From assembly GCA_963813815.1 (NCBI GenBank), contig CAWFAD010000008.1, forward strand, positions 160,001-224,000: DNA of 64,000 bases, in the 5' to 3' direction. The DNA comes from an uncultured bacterium (GTDB lineage Bacteria > Krumholzibacteriota > Krumholzibacteriia > Krumholzibacteriales > Krumholzibacteriaceae). Of the stretch, positions 37,157 to 46,382 are shown piece by piece (positions within the stretch are counted from its first letter, which is position 1; each line of letters opens with the position of its first letter). The notes beneath the pieces were generated by a model. That model saw only the letters and a program-made list of their open reading frames with translations, made no database searches and was not told where the DNA came from. The position numbers and the translations under genes are program-made.

Positions 37157-38308
37157 ATGGTGAAACGAGTCGCAATCGTCGGCATCGGGACCACGGGATT
37201 CCGTCCCATCACCCCCGATGTCTCCTACCGGGAGCTCATATTCGAGGCGGCCCGGAAGGCCTACACCGACGCCGGGATCGAGCCGAGCGAGATCGGCGGA
37301 TTCATCACGGCGGCGGAGGATTTTCTCGAGGGGTACAGCATCTGCGACGAGTACTGCCCCGACCAGATCGGGGCCGTCCTCAAGCCCACCCAGACGATCC
37401 CGGGCGACTTTCTCCACGCCCTCGCGACGGGGTACATGATGATCATGACCGGCGCCTTCAAGACCGTGGCGATCGAGGCCCACAGCAAGGCCTCGAACGT
37501 GAAGACGCTCGACGAAATGATGGGATTCGCGCTCGACCCGGTCTACAACCGGCCCCTCCGCGAGACGGCGCACGCGATCGCCGGCCTCGAGATGACGCGA
37601 TACATGTTCGAGACCTGCACCACCTCGGAGCAGTGCGCGAAGGTGGTCGTCAAGAACCGCGGCAACGCGATGCGCAACCCGTACGCCGCCTTCGCGGCCG
37701 AGCTCACCGAGCGCGACGTGCTCGGGAGCGAGCCGGTGTCGCTCCCGCTCCATCGCCTCGACATAGCGCCGCACGCGGACGGCGCCGTCGTCGCCGTCCT
37801 CGCGGACGACCAAACGGCGCAGGCTCTCGGCGGAACGCCGATCTGGATCGACGGCATCGGATGGTGCACCGACACCCCGACCCTCGAGATGCGCGACTGG
37901 GGCGAGGCCGCCTACGCCCGCATCGCGGCCGAGATGGCCTACAAGATGGCGGGCATCGCGAACCCGCGCGGCCTCATCGACCTCGCGGAGATCTGCGACG
38001 AATACTCGTACAAGGAACTCCAGCACATGGAGGCCCTCAAGTTCTGCAGCCGCGGCGAGGCCGCCGAGATGCTCGAGAGCGGCGCCACCTCGGTGCAGGG
38101 GGAGCTCCCCGTCAACATATCCGGCGGCGCGCTCGGCGTGGGGCACCTCTTCGAGGCGTCCGGCGCCCACAAGATCCTCGAGCTCGTCGAGCAGCTCCGG
38201 GGCGAGGCGGGCGCCCGTCAGATCCCCGACGTGAACATCGGGCTCGCGCAGATCTGGCGCGGCGTTCCGACCGCCACGGGAGCGGTCGCCATTCTTTCGA
38301 ACATGTAG
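37157..38308 (+). CDS. Thiolase-superfamily (SCP2-type) protein lacking the canonical N-domain catalytic Cys
   Basis: RVAIVGIG, VKNRGNA..NP, ADGA, DLAE and VNISGGALGVGH. IPGDFLH sits where ACASG is usual. Confidence 0.85.
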   Translation: MVKRVAIVGIGTTGFRPITPDVSYRELIFEAARKAYTDAGIEPSEIGGFITAAEDFLEGYSICDEYCPDQIGAVLKPTQTIPGDFLHALATGYMMIMTGAFKTVAIEAHSKASNVKTLDEMMGFALDPVYNRPLRETAHAIAGLEMTRYMFETCTTSEQCAKVVVKNRGNAMRNPYAAFAAELTERDVLGSEPVSLPLHRLDIAPHADGAVVAVLADDQTAQALGGTPIWIDGIGWCTDTPTLEMRDWGEAAYARIAAEMAYKMAGIANPRGLIDLAEICDEYSYKELQHMEALKFCSRGEAAEMLESGATSVQGELPVNISGGALGVGHLFEASGAHKILELVEQLRGEAGARQIPDVNIGLAQIWRGVPTATGAVAILSNM

Positions 38309-38321
38309 GAGGTCTTCCGCA

Positions 38322-39485
38322 ATGGGAATGAGGAAAGTAGCGATCGTCGGAGCCGGCATCACGAAGTTCGTGCGCCGCGCGCAGGAGACGGGAAAGGAGC
38401 TCTCGTACCAGGCCTCCAAGATGGCGCTCGACTCCTGCGGCCTCACGCTCGATGACGTCGAGGCGGTCACCCTCGGCACGGCGCCCGACGCCTTCGACGG
38501 CGTCCACATGAAAGGCGAATACCTCGCCGACGGCGCGGGCGGGCTCCGCAAGCCCTACATGCGCCACTACGTCGGCGGCGGCACGGGGGTCTTCAGCCCC
38601 ATCCACGGATGGTTCCACGTGGCGAGCGGGATGGCGGACATCGTGCTGGTCGTGGCGGAGGAGAAGATGTCGTCCTGCCATCCGCACCCGCAGGGCGCCT
38701 TTCTCACGATCTTCGACCACACCACCGAGCAGCCCCTGAAGCCCACGCTCATCTGGATCTTCGCCCTCGAAATGAACCGGTACATGAGCACGTACGGCAT
38801 CTCGAAGGCCGACATCGCCCGCGTATCGGTCAAGAACAAGGGAAACGCCCTCGACCACCCCTCGGCGCAGGTCGCCGAGAAGATCACGGTCGAGGACGTG
38901 CTCGCGAGCGAAACCCTCTGCTGGCCCGTCAACCGGCTCGACATCAGCCCGGCATCGGACGGCGCGGCGGCCGTGGTGCTCGCGAGCGAGCGCGTCGCGC
39001 GCCGGCTCACCGACAAGCCGGTCTGGATCGACGGCGTCGGGTTCTCCATCGACACGGCGTACTGGGCCACCCGCGATCTCAGCTACCCGCGCTACGTCGA
39101 GACGGCGGCGCGGATGGCGTACGACATGGCGGGGATCAAGGAGCCGTCGAAGGAGATCCACATCGCCGAGCCGTACGACCCGTTCGACTACAAGGAGCTC
39201 CACCACATGGAGGGGCTCATGCTCTGCCCGCGCGGCGAGGCGGCGCGCCTCACCGCCGAGGGGTACACGGCCCGCGACGGCAACATGCCGATCTGCCCGT
39301 CGGGCGGCGCGCTCGGCGTCGGCAACCCGATCGCGGCCACGGGCCTCATGAAGATCATCGAGATCTTCCTCCAGCTCCGCGGCGAGGCGGGCAAGCGCCA
39401 GGTGCCCGGCAACCCGCGCTGCGGGCTCGCGCAGGCGTGGGGCGATCTCATGCAAATGGGAACCGTCGTCGTGATGAGAATATGA
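38322..39485 (+). CDS. Thiolase-superfamily (SCP2-type) protein lacking the catalytic Cys and the GHP His
   Basis: KVAIVGAG, VKNKGNA, SDGAAA, EPYDPF and SGGALGVGNPIAATG. VGGGTG sits where ACASG is usual. Confidence 0.87.
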   Translation: MGMRKVAIVGAGITKFVRRAQETGKELSYQASKMALDSCGLTLDDVEAVTLGTAPDAFDGVHMKGEYLADGAGGLRKPYMRHYVGGGTGVFSPIHGWFHVASGMADIVLVVAEEKMSSCHPHPQGAFLTIFDHTTEQPLKPTLIWIFALEMNRYMSTYGISKADIARVSVKNKGNALDHPSAQVAEKITVEDVLASETLCWPVNRLDISPASDGAAAVVLASERVARRLTDKPVWIDGVGFSIDTAYWATRDLSYPRYVETAARMAYDMAGIKEPSKEIHIAEPYDPFDYKELHHMEGLMLCPRGEAARLTAEGYTARDGNMPICPSGGALGVGNPIAATGLMKIIEIFLQLRGEAGKRQVPGNPRCGLAQAWGDLMQMGTVVVMRI

Positions 39486-39504
39486 GGCAAAGGAGACACG
39501 CGCT

Positions 39505-40041
39505 ATGAAGCTCGAAGATTACGAACTCGGCGGCACGCACCTCAGCACCTCTGATTTCGAGAAGGGGAAGGTGCTCACGACCGCCTGGCAACCGAACCTC
39601 GCCTACGCATGGGACAACGGCGCCGCTATAGGCCGCTATCTCGCCGAGCTCAAGGAAGGGCGCATCATCGCCCGCGTCTGCCACAAGTGCTCCCGCATCA
39701 TGCTCCCGCCGCGGATGTTCTGCGAGCTCTGCTTCAAGCCGACCGACGAGTGGATGTACGTAAAGGACACGGGCACGATCGAAACCTTCAGCATCGCCCA
39801 CGTCAACTGGGACGCCTCGCGGCGAGGCCCCAAGGAGCCCCCGCTCCTGCCGGCCGTGATCCGGATCGACGGCGCCTCGGAGGGCATGGGCATCCTACAC
39901 ATGCTCGGCGAGGTCGATCCGAAGGCCATCAAGGTCGGCATGCGGGTCGTCGCCGTCTGGAAGAAGCCCGGCGAGCGCACCGGGGCCATCACCGACATTC
40001 TCTATTTCAAGCCGAAGAAGCCGGCCCGCGCGAAGCGCTAG
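39505..40041 (+). CDS. DUF35 Zn-ribbon/OB-fold protein
   Basis: CHKC...PPRMFCELC zinc ribbon followed by an OB fold (GTIETFS, IRIDG, KVGMRV). Confidence 0.9.
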   Translation: MKLEDYELGGTHLSTSDFEKGKVLTTAWQPNLAYAWDNGAAIGRYLAELKEGRIIARVCHKCSRIMLPPRMFCELCFKPTDEWMYVKDTGTIETFSIAHVNWDASRRGPKEPPLLPAVIRIDGASEGMGILHMLGEVDPKAIKVGMRVVAVWKKPGERTGAITDILYFKPKKPARAKR

Positions 40042-40061
40042 CCCGGCGGAGGTGAATTGAT

Positions 40062-40544
40062 ATGGCGTTCACGGAAAAGATATCGAAGACGACGACGCCG
40101 ACCTTCTGGGAAGGCGAGATTCCGGTCAACTACATCTACACCTTCGGCCTCGCGGGCGAGGTGTTCTTCCGGGCGCTCAAGGACAAGGGGACGTTTCTCG
40201 CCACGCGGTGCGAAGCGTGCGACGTCACCTTCGTCCCGCCCAAGATCTACTGCGACCGCTGCTTCGAGAAGCTCGACCGCTACATCGACGTCGGCACCAC
40301 GGGGCACGTCGAGACTTTCACGGTGAGCTTCAAGAACATGGACGGCTCCGAGAAGAAGCGCCCGCGCATCCTCGCCATGATCCGGATCGACGGCACCGAC
40401 GGCGGGATCATCCACTATCTCGAGGGGATTCCCTTCGACGAGATCGCTCTCGGCATGCCGGTGCGGGCGATACTGAAACCGAAGGCGGAGCGCCGGGGTG
40501 GGATGGAGGACATCGTCGGGTTCGGCCTCGTGAAGGAGAAGTAG
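40062..40544 (+). CDS. DUF35 Zn-ribbon/OB-fold protein (second copy)
   Basis: CEAC...PPKIYCDRC, GHVETFT, IRIDG and GMPV. GGAGG SD upstream. Confidence 0.9.
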   Translation: MAFTEKISKTTTPTFWEGEIPVNYIYTFGLAGEVFFRALKDKGTFLATRCEACDVTFVPPKIYCDRCFEKLDRYIDVGTTGHVETFTVSFKNMDGSEKKRPRILAMIRIDGTDGGIIHYLEGIPFDEIALGMPVRAILKPKAERRGGMEDIVGFGLVKEK

Positions 40545-40561
40545 CGCGCCGCGAAGAGGGC

Positions 40562-40605
40562 AAAATAAAAGGATGGGCCTCCACCGTGAGCCCATCCTTT
40601 CTCTT
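40562..40605. terminator. Bidirectional intrinsic terminator
   Basis: Stem AAAGGATGGGC (40568-40578) pairs with GCCCATCCTTT (40590-40600). U-tracts lie on both sides, stronger on the minus strand (UUUUAUUUUG). Confidence 0.85.
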
Positions 40606-40755
40606 GAGTCCCGAAGGCCTAGCTCTGCTGCGACCTTACCTCTACCGCCTTCGGCCTCCCTGCGCTACGCGAGCCTTCCTGACGATGGGGGTCCCCGAAC
40701 CCTATCCGAACCTATAACCGCGGGCTCTGAACAGGCACACAAGTAGCGCGGTCAA
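40562..40755 (-). ncRNA. Candidate structured non-coding RNA of about 190 nt, family unidentified
   Basis: Lies in a 460-bp gap between convergent genes. sigma54-like TGGCACGAATTATGA at 40781-40767. Internal helices GCGCUAC/GUAGCGC, GAGCC/GGCUC and CCGAAGGC/GCCUUCGG. Ends in the strong minus-strand terminator. Confidence 0.4.
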
Positions 40756-41006
40756 ACCTCTAATCATCATAATTCGTGCCAGATTTGCCGGTTGCGTCTC
40801 CGGCGAAAACACGCCCGTTTCCAGGCGCTGCCGAGGCTCGACCGCCCGAGCCATAACCATTTACAAATACAACTGTTAAATATGACGCCTATCGCCGCGC
40901 GCCGCTCCGTCCGCGCCCTCTCCCATGCGTCCTCATCGGAAAGACGCCATTCGGGCTCTCAATAAAATTATTTTACAAATGGCGGGGTAGCGTAAAAAAT
41001 GTTTCC

Positions 41007-42416
41007 TCAGATGTAGACGAGGTGGACGGTGTTCGTTTGGCTCTTTTCTTTCAAGGGGATACCGGCCGTGAGGACGACGCGCCCCACAATTCCCGCGGCG
41101 CGGAGCTTTTCCCTGACGGCCGGGATGAGCTCGTCCGTACGCTCGAGCCGGGCGACGGGCACGGCGAGCGTCCCCCAGAGAAGCCCCGCCTGCCGGATCA
41201 CGGCCGGATTGTCCGTGAGGGAAACGACCGGCGCCGGATAGCGGTGCCGCGCGACGAAGCGGGAGGTTCTCCCCGTGTGCGTGAGGCACGCTATCGCGTG
41301 CGCCCGCATCGATCGGGCCATATCGACCGCGCCCGCGCTCGCCATTTCGGCGAGACGCTCGGGGCTCCGGGCGCTCCCCGGCGCGAAGGAGCGCGGACGG
41401 CACTCCGCGCCGGAATCGCGCGCGTACTGCTCCGCCCGCTCGATGATGCGCGCCATCATCGCGGCGCTCTGCACGGGATACTGTCCGGTCGCCGTCTCGG
41501 CCGAGAGCATGAGGGCGTCGGCCCCGTCGAGAACCGCGTTCGCCACGTCGCTCGCCTCCGCGCGCGTCGGGCGCTCCGAGGAGGACATCGATTCGAGCAT
41601 CTGAGTGGCGACGATGACGGGCTTCGCGCTCTCGCGGGCGAGCGCGATGATCGTCTTCTGGCGCGCGGGCACGTCCTCGGGCGGAATCTCGACGCCGAGA
41701 TCGCCTCTCGCCACCATGATCGCGTCCGCCGCCTCCACGATCCCTTCGAGGCCGTCGAGGGCCTCGCGTTTCTCGATCTTGGCGACGACGAGGGCCGAGG
41801 AGCCCCGCGACCGGATGATTTTCCGGGCGCGCGTCACGTCCGCGGCGCTCCGCACGAACGAGAGGGCCACGGCGTCCACGCCGAGCGAGAGGCCGAACTC
41901 GAGATCGCGGCGGTCCTTGTCCGTGAGCCCGGCGGCGAGCCGGGCCCCGGGGAGGTTCAGCCCCTTGCGCGAGGTGACGATCCCGCCGTCGACCACGCGG
42001 CAGCGGACCTCTCCGCGCCCGGCCGACTCGACCACGAGATGAATCGTGCCGTCCGAGAGGTAGATGTCGTCCCCCGCGCGCGCCTCCCGGGGGAGGCGCG
42101 GGTAGCTCACGTGGGCGCCCCGCTCGTCGCCCAGGATCTCGCGCGTCGTGAGGGTGAAGATCTCCCCCTCGCGGAGCCGCGCCTTTCCGCCCCGCAGCTC
42201 CCCGATGCGGATCTTGGGCCCCGAAAGGTCCTGCATGATCGTGAGCGAGGGGGAAAGGCGGCGGAGCGCCGCGTACACGGCCCGGTGCTCCTCGTGCGTG
42301 CCGTGGGAGAAGTTGAGCCGCGCGACGTCCATGCCGGCCCCGACGAGCGCCGAGAGCGACGCGCGGCTCCGGCACGCGGGACCGATCGTACAGACGATTT
42401 TCGCGAATCGATTCAT
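41007..42416 (-). CDS. pyk: Pyruvate kinase
   Basis: Motifs KIVCTIGP, ARLNFSHG, DLSGPKIR, AKIE, MVARGDLGVE, ATQMLESM and DALMLSAET. Promoter TTGAAT (42484-42479), 17 nt, TACAAT (42461-42456). Confidence 0.96.
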   Translation of the reverse strand: MNRFAKIVCTIGPACRSRASLSALVGAGMDVARLNFSHGTHEEHRAVYAALRRLSPSLTIMQDLSGPKIRIGELRGGKARLREGEIFTLTTREILGDERGAHVSYPRLPREARAGDDIYLSDGTIHLVVESAGRGEVRCRVVDGGIVTSRKGLNLPGARLAAGLTDKDRRDLEFGLSLGVDAVALSFVRSAADVTRARKIIRSRGSSALVVAKIEKREALDGLEGIVEAADAIMVARGDLGVEIPPEDVPARQKTIIALARESAKPVIVATQMLESMSSSERPTRAEASDVANAVLDGADALMLSAETATGQYPVQSAAMMARIIERAEQYARDSGAECRPRSFAPGSARSPERLAEMASAGAVDMARSMRAHAIACLTHTGRTSRFVARHRYPAPVVSLTDNPAVIRQAGLLWGTLAVPVARLERTDELIPAVREKLRAAGIVGRVVLTAGIPLKEKSQTNTVHLVYI

Positions 42417-42536
42417 ATCGGGCCTCCCAGGGCGCCGCGGCGCGGCGTCCGGCGCATTGTACGGCGCTTTCGCCTTGCATTCAAGCGCCCGTTGTGTTAC
42501 AAATTGCCGGTCCCGCGCCCGGAACGGGAACCAATC

Positions 42537-43652
42537 ATGAAACGAAGAGTGCTGCACGTTATCTATTCGCTCTATCGGGGCGGCGCCGAGCGCGTCATCG
42601 AGACGCAGATCCTCGGGACCGATCGCAGCCGGTACGAGATCCTCGTCTGCTCGATCACGGGCGGAGGCGACCTCATCGACCGCATGGCGAACGCCGGCGC
42701 GCGCGTCTTCCTCCTCGGCAAGCGGCGCCGCGGCGATTTCACCACGATCACCAAGCTCGCCAACCTCATCAACGTGGAGCGGGTGGATATTCTCCACCTC
42801 CACAACTCCCCGGGCATGTTCTGGGGGACGCTGGCGAGATCGTTCTCCGGGCGGAGGGTGCCGATCGTCCGCACCGAGCACAATCCGTATCTGCCGGCGG
42901 TCATGCCGCCCCTTTTCCGGATGCTCTACCCGCGGCTCACGAAACGCGCCCGGCGCGTCATCTGCGTGTCGGAGGTCGTGCGGCGCTCGTTCGCCGAGGC
43001 CTTTCCCGGGCTCGCCGACCGGTTCGTCGAGCTCCCGAACGGCATTCGCATGCAGGATTACGAAAAGCTGCCCCCGCGCCACGAGTGCCGCGCCCAGTTT
43101 CATCTCGCGCCGGGGGAGCGCCTCATCGGCACGGTCGGGCGCATGTCCCCGGTGAAGAATCACAAGCTCCTCATCGAGGCCTTCGCGCGGGTCCGCGAGA
43201 AGGTGCCCGACGTGAACCTCGCGATCATCGGCGAGGGGGAGCTCCGGTCGAAGCTCGCCGACTACGCCGCCGATCTCGGCGTGAGCGAGTACGTCTCGCT
43301 CGTCAAGGAAACGAAACAGATCGATCACTTCTACGGCGCCATCGACGTCTTCGTTCTCTCGTCCGACTCGGAGGGAATGCCGCTCACGCTCCTCGAGGCG
43401 CTCGCCTCGGGCGTGCCCGTCGTCGCGACGGAGGTCGGCGGCATCCCCGAGGTCGTCGAGAGCGGCAAGACGGGATATCTCGTGCCGAAGGGCTCGGCGG
43501 AGTTTCTCGCGAAGAGGATCGTCGAGATCCTGCAGGAGCCGGCGAAGGCGCAGGCGATGGCGATCGCCGGGCGCGCGATGGTGCGCGAGAGATTCCCGGC
43601 CGAGAAGATGGTGGCCGGCGTCGAAAAAATATACGACGAGGCGCTCGCCTGA
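42537..43652 (+). CDS. GT4 family glycosyltransferase
   Basis: GGAE, VRTEH, PNGI, VGRMSPVKN and EGMPLTLLEA (EX7E). Confidence 0.92.
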   Translation: MKRRVLHVIYSLYRGGAERVIETQILGTDRSRYEILVCSITGGGDLIDRMANAGARVFLLGKRRRGDFTTITKLANLINVERVDILHLHNSPGMFWGTLARSFSGRRVPIVRTEHNPYLPAVMPPLFRMLYPRLTKRARRVICVSEVVRRSFAEAFPGLADRFVELPNGIRMQDYEKLPPRHECRAQFHLAPGERLIGTVGRMSPVKNHKLLIEAFARVREKVPDVNLAIIGEGELRSKLADYAADLGVSEYVSLVKETKQIDHFYGAIDVFVLSSDSEGMPLTLLEALASGVPVVATEVGGIPEVVESGKTGYLVPKGSAEFLAKRIVEILQEPAKAQAMAIAGRAMVRERFPAEKMVAGVEKIYDEALA

Positions 43653-43653
43653 C

Positions 43654-44661
43654 ATGATCAAGAGAAGGCTCGGCAAAACGGACATGACCGTCTCGGGCGT
43701 GGGCTTCGGGGGAATCCCGATACAGGGGGTTTCCTTCGACGAGGCCCGCCTCATATTGAAAAAGGCCGTGGACGAGGGGATCGACTTCTTCGACAGCGCC
43801 CGCGCCTACACGGACAGCGAGGAAAAGATCGGGCGCGCCCTCGAGGACGTGAGATCGAGGATCCGCCTCTCGACGAAATCCCTCGCCCGCACCGCTTCTG
43901 GCATCGCCGAAGACATCGAAACGAGCCTCCGCGGCTTCCGCACCGATCACATCGATCTCTACCAGCTCCACTCGATCGGCACCGCGGCCGATTTCGACAA
44001 GGTCTTCGCGCCCGGCGGGGCCTACGAAGCGCTCGTCGAGGCGCGCAAGGCGGGCAAGATCCGCTGGATCGGCGTCACGGGGCACTCCCGCGAGGTCATG
44101 CTGCGGGCGATCGAATCGGGGCTCTTCGACACGGCGCAGTTTCCCTTCAACCCGATCGAGGACGAATGGTCCGAGGCCGTCATCCCCGCGGCGCGCCGCG
44201 CGGGCGTCGGCACGATCTGCATGAAACCGCTCGCCGGGGGAGCCATCCGGAGCCGACGGGCCGCGCTGCGCTACGAGCTCACGCGCGGCATGGACGTCGT
44301 GATTCCGGGCATGGATTCGATCGAGCAGGTCGAGGAGAACGCCGCCGCGGGCCGCAAGCTCGAGCCACCGGACGAGGGGGAGCTCGTCGATCTTCACGCG
44401 GAGAAGGTTCGCTGGGGGGAGAAGTTCTGCCGCCGCTGCGGCTACTGCCAGCCGTGCCCGAACGGGCTCAATATCCCGTTCCTCTTTCTCATCGACGGGT
44501 ACTACTCGCGCTACGAGCTGCGCGACTGGGCGCTCGCCCGGCTCTCCGCGCTCGAGAAGAAGTTCGGCGACTGCGCGGCCTGCGGAGAGTGCCTCGCGAA
44601 GTGCCCCTACGGGCTTCCGATCCCCGACATGATGAAGGACGCCTCGGGGCGCGTCGTCTAG
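43654..44661 (+). CDS. Aldo/keto reductase with a C-terminal 4Fe-4S dicluster domain
   Basis: RRLGKT, FDSARAY, DLYQLH and MKPLAGG. Cys motifs CRRCGYCQPCP and CAACGECLAKCP. Confidence 0.9.
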   Translation: MIKRRLGKTDMTVSGVGFGGIPIQGVSFDEARLILKKAVDEGIDFFDSARAYTDSEEKIGRALEDVRSRIRLSTKSLARTASGIAEDIETSLRGFRTDHIDLYQLHSIGTAADFDKVFAPGGAYEALVEARKAGKIRWIGVTGHSREVMLRAIESGLFDTAQFPFNPIEDEWSEAVIPAARRAGVGTICMKPLAGGAIRSRRAALRYELTRGMDVVIPGMDSIEQVEENAAAGRKLEPPDEGELVDLHAEKVRWGEKFCRRCGYCQPCPNGLNIPFLFLIDGYYSRYELRDWALARLSALEKKFGDCAACGECLAKCPYGLPIPDMMKDASGRVV

Positions 44662-44668
44662 GGCCCCT

Positions 44669-45580
44669 CTACTTTTTCATCCGCTCGAGATTCCCGATCG
44701 TCTCGCGAATGAGCCGCTCGCTCCGCTTCGACCCGGGCTCCAACCCCACGAGCGAGCCGAGCCAGCGGCCGAACTGAAAGGTCACGACGGCTCCCTGATA
44801 GGGGTCCTTGCAGATCGACTGGACGCAGGGGCCGCCCGCGGCCTCGACGATCGCCGTCGAGCCGCCCGTCTCCCGGACGAACCAGTCGAAGGCGCCCCGC
44901 GCGACGGCGCTGTCGGGAAGGGTCGAGAGATAGAGCTTGGCGTTCTCTCCTTCCCATCGGTACGTCGCGACGAAGGAGGGCGGATACTTCGCGCGGCCGA
45001 GGACTCCCTCGGTGAGGTAGCGCGTGTCCCGCGCGACGAGCCCGTCGAGGGAGAAACAGGCCGCCTCGGGCGGAAGCGCGCCCGCTTCCGGGATCTTCGC
45101 CGCGATCGCGGCCGCGAAGGCCCTCAGGGCGCGGGCGAGCTCGGGGCGAGTCTCGTACACGGCGACACGCACGTAGTAGGGGCCCTTCCAGAAATGGATC
45201 GAGTACTCGTCCGCGAAGGCCTCGTTGCCGATCTCGAGAAAGGAGAGCTCCGGGTTCCGCATCTGGGCGTAGATGCCGTAGGCCATGAGAGGGTTCCCGT
45301 GCTCGTACGCCTCGACTTTGAGCCCGGCGCCGCTCCCGCTCAGGTAATCCTGCGCGGCGACTTCTTTGAACTCGAACGAGATGAAGTTCTCGGCGGCGCC
45401 GTTGACGTACTCCCAGAGATTCTCTTCCGTGTAGACGAGCGGCTCGCCGTCCGCCTTCCAGTCCTCGATCTCGAGCGAGGCGGGGAGGAGCCGGGCGGGG
45501 CCGGCGCTCTCCGAGGCGGCGCCGCGTTGCGGCCAAGCGGCCGCGGCGAGCGCGAGGGCGAAAATCAGGGCTTTTCTCAT
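44669..45580 (-). CDS. Exported hypothetical protein (DUF6599-like)
   Basis: Signal peptide. 'LWEYVNGAAE' and 'AYGIYA...FWKGPYYV' motifs typical of that family (recalled from memory). Confidence 0.65.
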   Translation of the reverse strand: MRKALIFALALAAAAWPQRGAASESAGPARLLPASLEIEDWKADGEPLVYTEENLWEYVNGAAENFISFEFKEVAAQDYLSGSGAGLKVEAYEHGNPLMAYGIYAQMRNPELSFLEIGNEAFADEYSIHFWKGPYYVRVAVYETRPELARALRAFAAAIAAKIPEAGALPPEAACFSLDGLVARDTRYLTEGVLGRAKYPPSFVATYRWEGENAKLYLSTLPDSAVARGAFDWFVRETGGSTAIVEAAGGPCVQSICKDPYQGAVVTFQFGRWLGSLVGLEPGSKRSERLIRETIGNLERMKK

Positions 45581-45679
45581 ACAACCACCTTCATCCGTCG
45601 TGAGGATCGTATTATATTATACACTGTAACTCGCCGACTGCATCCGCGCAAGAGGAGCCGTGAACGAGGAGGCCGACCG

Positions 45680-46366
45680 ATGACGAAAACGCGCGCGTTC
45701 GTTCTCTCCCTTATTCTTTCGGTCGCCGCCCTCGCGGCGTTCGTCCGGCCGGCCGCGGCCGAAGGGCGCTTCTTCCTGCGAGCCGGCATGGGCGTGAGCG
45801 TCCCCTCGCTCGACAACCTCGAGAACGAGCTCGGCGTCCAGGGGGAGGGCGAGACGGTCGACCCCGGACTCTCGCTCGGGGTCTCCCTCGGCCGGAGCTT
45901 CGCGGACGACGCATGGTCCCTCGAAATCTACATGGCGGCCGCTTTCTACTCCGATTTCATCTACTACAACACCTACGAAGGCTTCGCGGGGAAGCTGCGC
46001 CACATCGACTTCATGGGAATCGCCCGGCGCCACTGGCGGACGGACGCGAAGTGGCTCCGGCCTTCGATCGGGCTCGGCGCGGGTTACGGCTCGACGGAGC
46101 TCATCTCGGGAGGCGGCAGCATGGGCGCGCTGCAGGGCCTCGGAGCGCTCCGCGTCGAATCGGCGCTCACGGAGAACCTTCTCATCGCCGTCGAGGGCAT
46201 CTATAGCTTCGGCCTCGAGACCAAGGCCTTCACCGGGCCCTTTCTCGAGAACGTCGACACCGACGCCGTGCTCATAAGCTCGGGGGACCCGCTCGAGGAC
46301 AAGTACGACACCTACGAGATCCGGCTCGGCATAACGGTCTGGCTCCCCAAAATGCTGCAGGAGTAA
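45680..46366 (+). CDS. Small outer-membrane beta-barrel protein
   Basis: GAGGAGG SD, signal peptide ending AAAE, alternating beta-strand pattern (PSIGLGAGYG, YEIRLGITVW). Confidence 0.7.
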   Translation: MTKTRAFVLSLILSVAALAAFVRPAAAEGRFFLRAGMGVSVPSLDNLENELGVQGEGETVDPGLSLGVSLGRSFADDAWSLEIYMAAAFYSDFIYYNTYEGFAGKLRHIDFMGIARRHWRTDAKWLRPSIGLGAGYGSTELISGGGSMGALQGLGALRVESALTENLLIAVEGIYSFGLETKAFTGPFLENVDTDAVLISSGDPLEDKYDTYEIRLGITVWLPKMLQE

Positions 46367-46382
46367 GCGCGGCGACGCCCGG

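Noticed and set aside
40702..40770. 22-codon hydrophobic mini-ORF MMIRGLTALLVCLFRARGYRFG on the minus strand
   Set aside because: It has no SD and its start overlaps the putative promoter box. It cannot be distinguished from chance without conservation data.
40562..40790. tmRNA, SRP RNA, RNase P, tRNA-Sec or 6S identity for the intergenic RNA candidate
   Set aside because: CTCCACC lies in the terminator loop with no T-arm. There is no SRP helix-8 motif, no GAGGAAAGUCC and no cloverleaf. I see no end-to-end rod pairing as in 6S, although only an Rfam search can exclude it.
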